Assembly (NCBI GenBank): GCA_020725865.1
Contig: DYEC01000007.1
Coordinates: 2,346 to 66,345 of the forward strand
Reading direction: 5' to 3'
Length of the DNA: 64,000 nucleotides
Origin: Anaerolinea sp.
Lineage (GTDB): Bacteria; Chloroflexota; Anaerolineae; Anaerolineales; Anaerolineaceae
In this document: positions 63,830-64,000 of the stretch, in pieces
How positions within the stretch are numbered: the stretch's first letter is position 1
Layout of the letters: the number at the start of each line of letters is the position of its first letter
Program-made: the position numbers and the translations under genes
The notes under the pieces: generated by a model
What the model saw: the letters and a program-made list of their open reading frames with translations, nothing else
Told to the model about the DNA's origin: nothing
Databases searched by the model: none

Positions 63830-64000
63830 CTATGTGATATCCACGATCTGCCCGGCGGTCATCTGCTCCAGATCGGCAGGGGTCAGGCGGAATACGGCAT
63901 GCGGCGTGCCGGCTGCCGCCCAGATTTCTTCGTACTGAAACAAATCTTCATCCACAAAGGTCAACAGTTCGCAGTCATGACCAACCGGCGGCACCCCGCC
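63830..64000 (-). CDS. YbaK/EbsC-type aminoacyl-tRNA editing domain protein (C-terminal 56 codons; the 5' end is outside the window)
   Basis: Hand translation of the minus strand gives GGVPPVGHDCELLTFVDEDLFQYEEIWAAAGTPHAVFRLTPADLEQMTAGQIVDIT-stop. This is the typical C-terminus of YbaK/ProX-type deacylases. Confidence 0.65.
   Translation of the reverse strand, partial: GGVPPVGHDCELLTFVDEDLFQYEEIWAAAGTPHAVFRLTPADLEQMTAGQIVDIT

Overview
This is a dense, mostly housekeeping chromosomal segment with about 62 protein-coding genes. I found no rRNA, tRNA, CRISPR array, transposase or integrase. Hand-counted 120-nt samples give about 55-58% GC in typical genes. All calls come from reading the supplied ORF translations, hand translation at the window edges, and motif memory; no database or HMM search was possible.

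The gene content suggests a Chloroflexota (Anaerolineae-like) genome. The clues are a BTAD-STAND regulator, Pro/Thr-rich LysM envelope proteins, a bacterial translin, DUF3467, and many ATGA/TTGA start-stop overlaps. This is an unverifiable guess.

Gene layout, left to right:
- pdxS (partial).
- A minus-strand string: LysM, recN, Zn-ribbon membrane protein, nadK, split Cas4-like nuclease, translin, DUF3467, ssb, lipoprotein, purA.
- A BTAD/ATPase/TPR STAND regulator, then mutS2.
- An ABC-F ATPase and a lactate permease.
- A low-GC type II restriction-modification cassette.
- asd-lysC, a hypothetical protein, and usp.
- deaminase, DUF364, membrane DsbA-like protein, cysteine desulfurase, and an XRE-cupin-NifX fusion.
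- A beta-CASP RNase and RNase D.
- A HEAT-like protein, an OmpR-type two-component pair, a membrane protein, and a CBS-ACT protein.
- A complete PTS locus: PRD regulator, HPr, EIIA/B/C of the ascorbate family, EI, interleaved with a split transketolase.
- A liv-type ABC transporter.
- alr, cutA, a dual-specificity phosphatase, and DUF952.
- A TetR regulator with a CrtI-like oxidoreductase.
- LUD and VOC proteins.
- A KdpE-like regulator, MBOAT and an AlgX-like protein.
- DUF3179, a large membrane protein, a GNAT acetyltransferase, and YbaK (partial).

The best candidate for something undescribed is the translationally coupled module ssb, DUF3467, TRAX-like translin and a Cas4-like Fe-S nuclease at 4861-7033. 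The nuclease is split into two membrane-anchored polypeptides, and there is no CRISPR context anywhere in the window.

Secondary items:
- the horizontally acquired-looking R-M cassette, with an 11-bp direct repeat over its promoter;
- an XRE-cupin-NifX fusion next to a sulfur/metal-handling gene string;
- the PTS/split-transketolase locus;
- a 467-nt structured-looking leader ahead of the liv operon.
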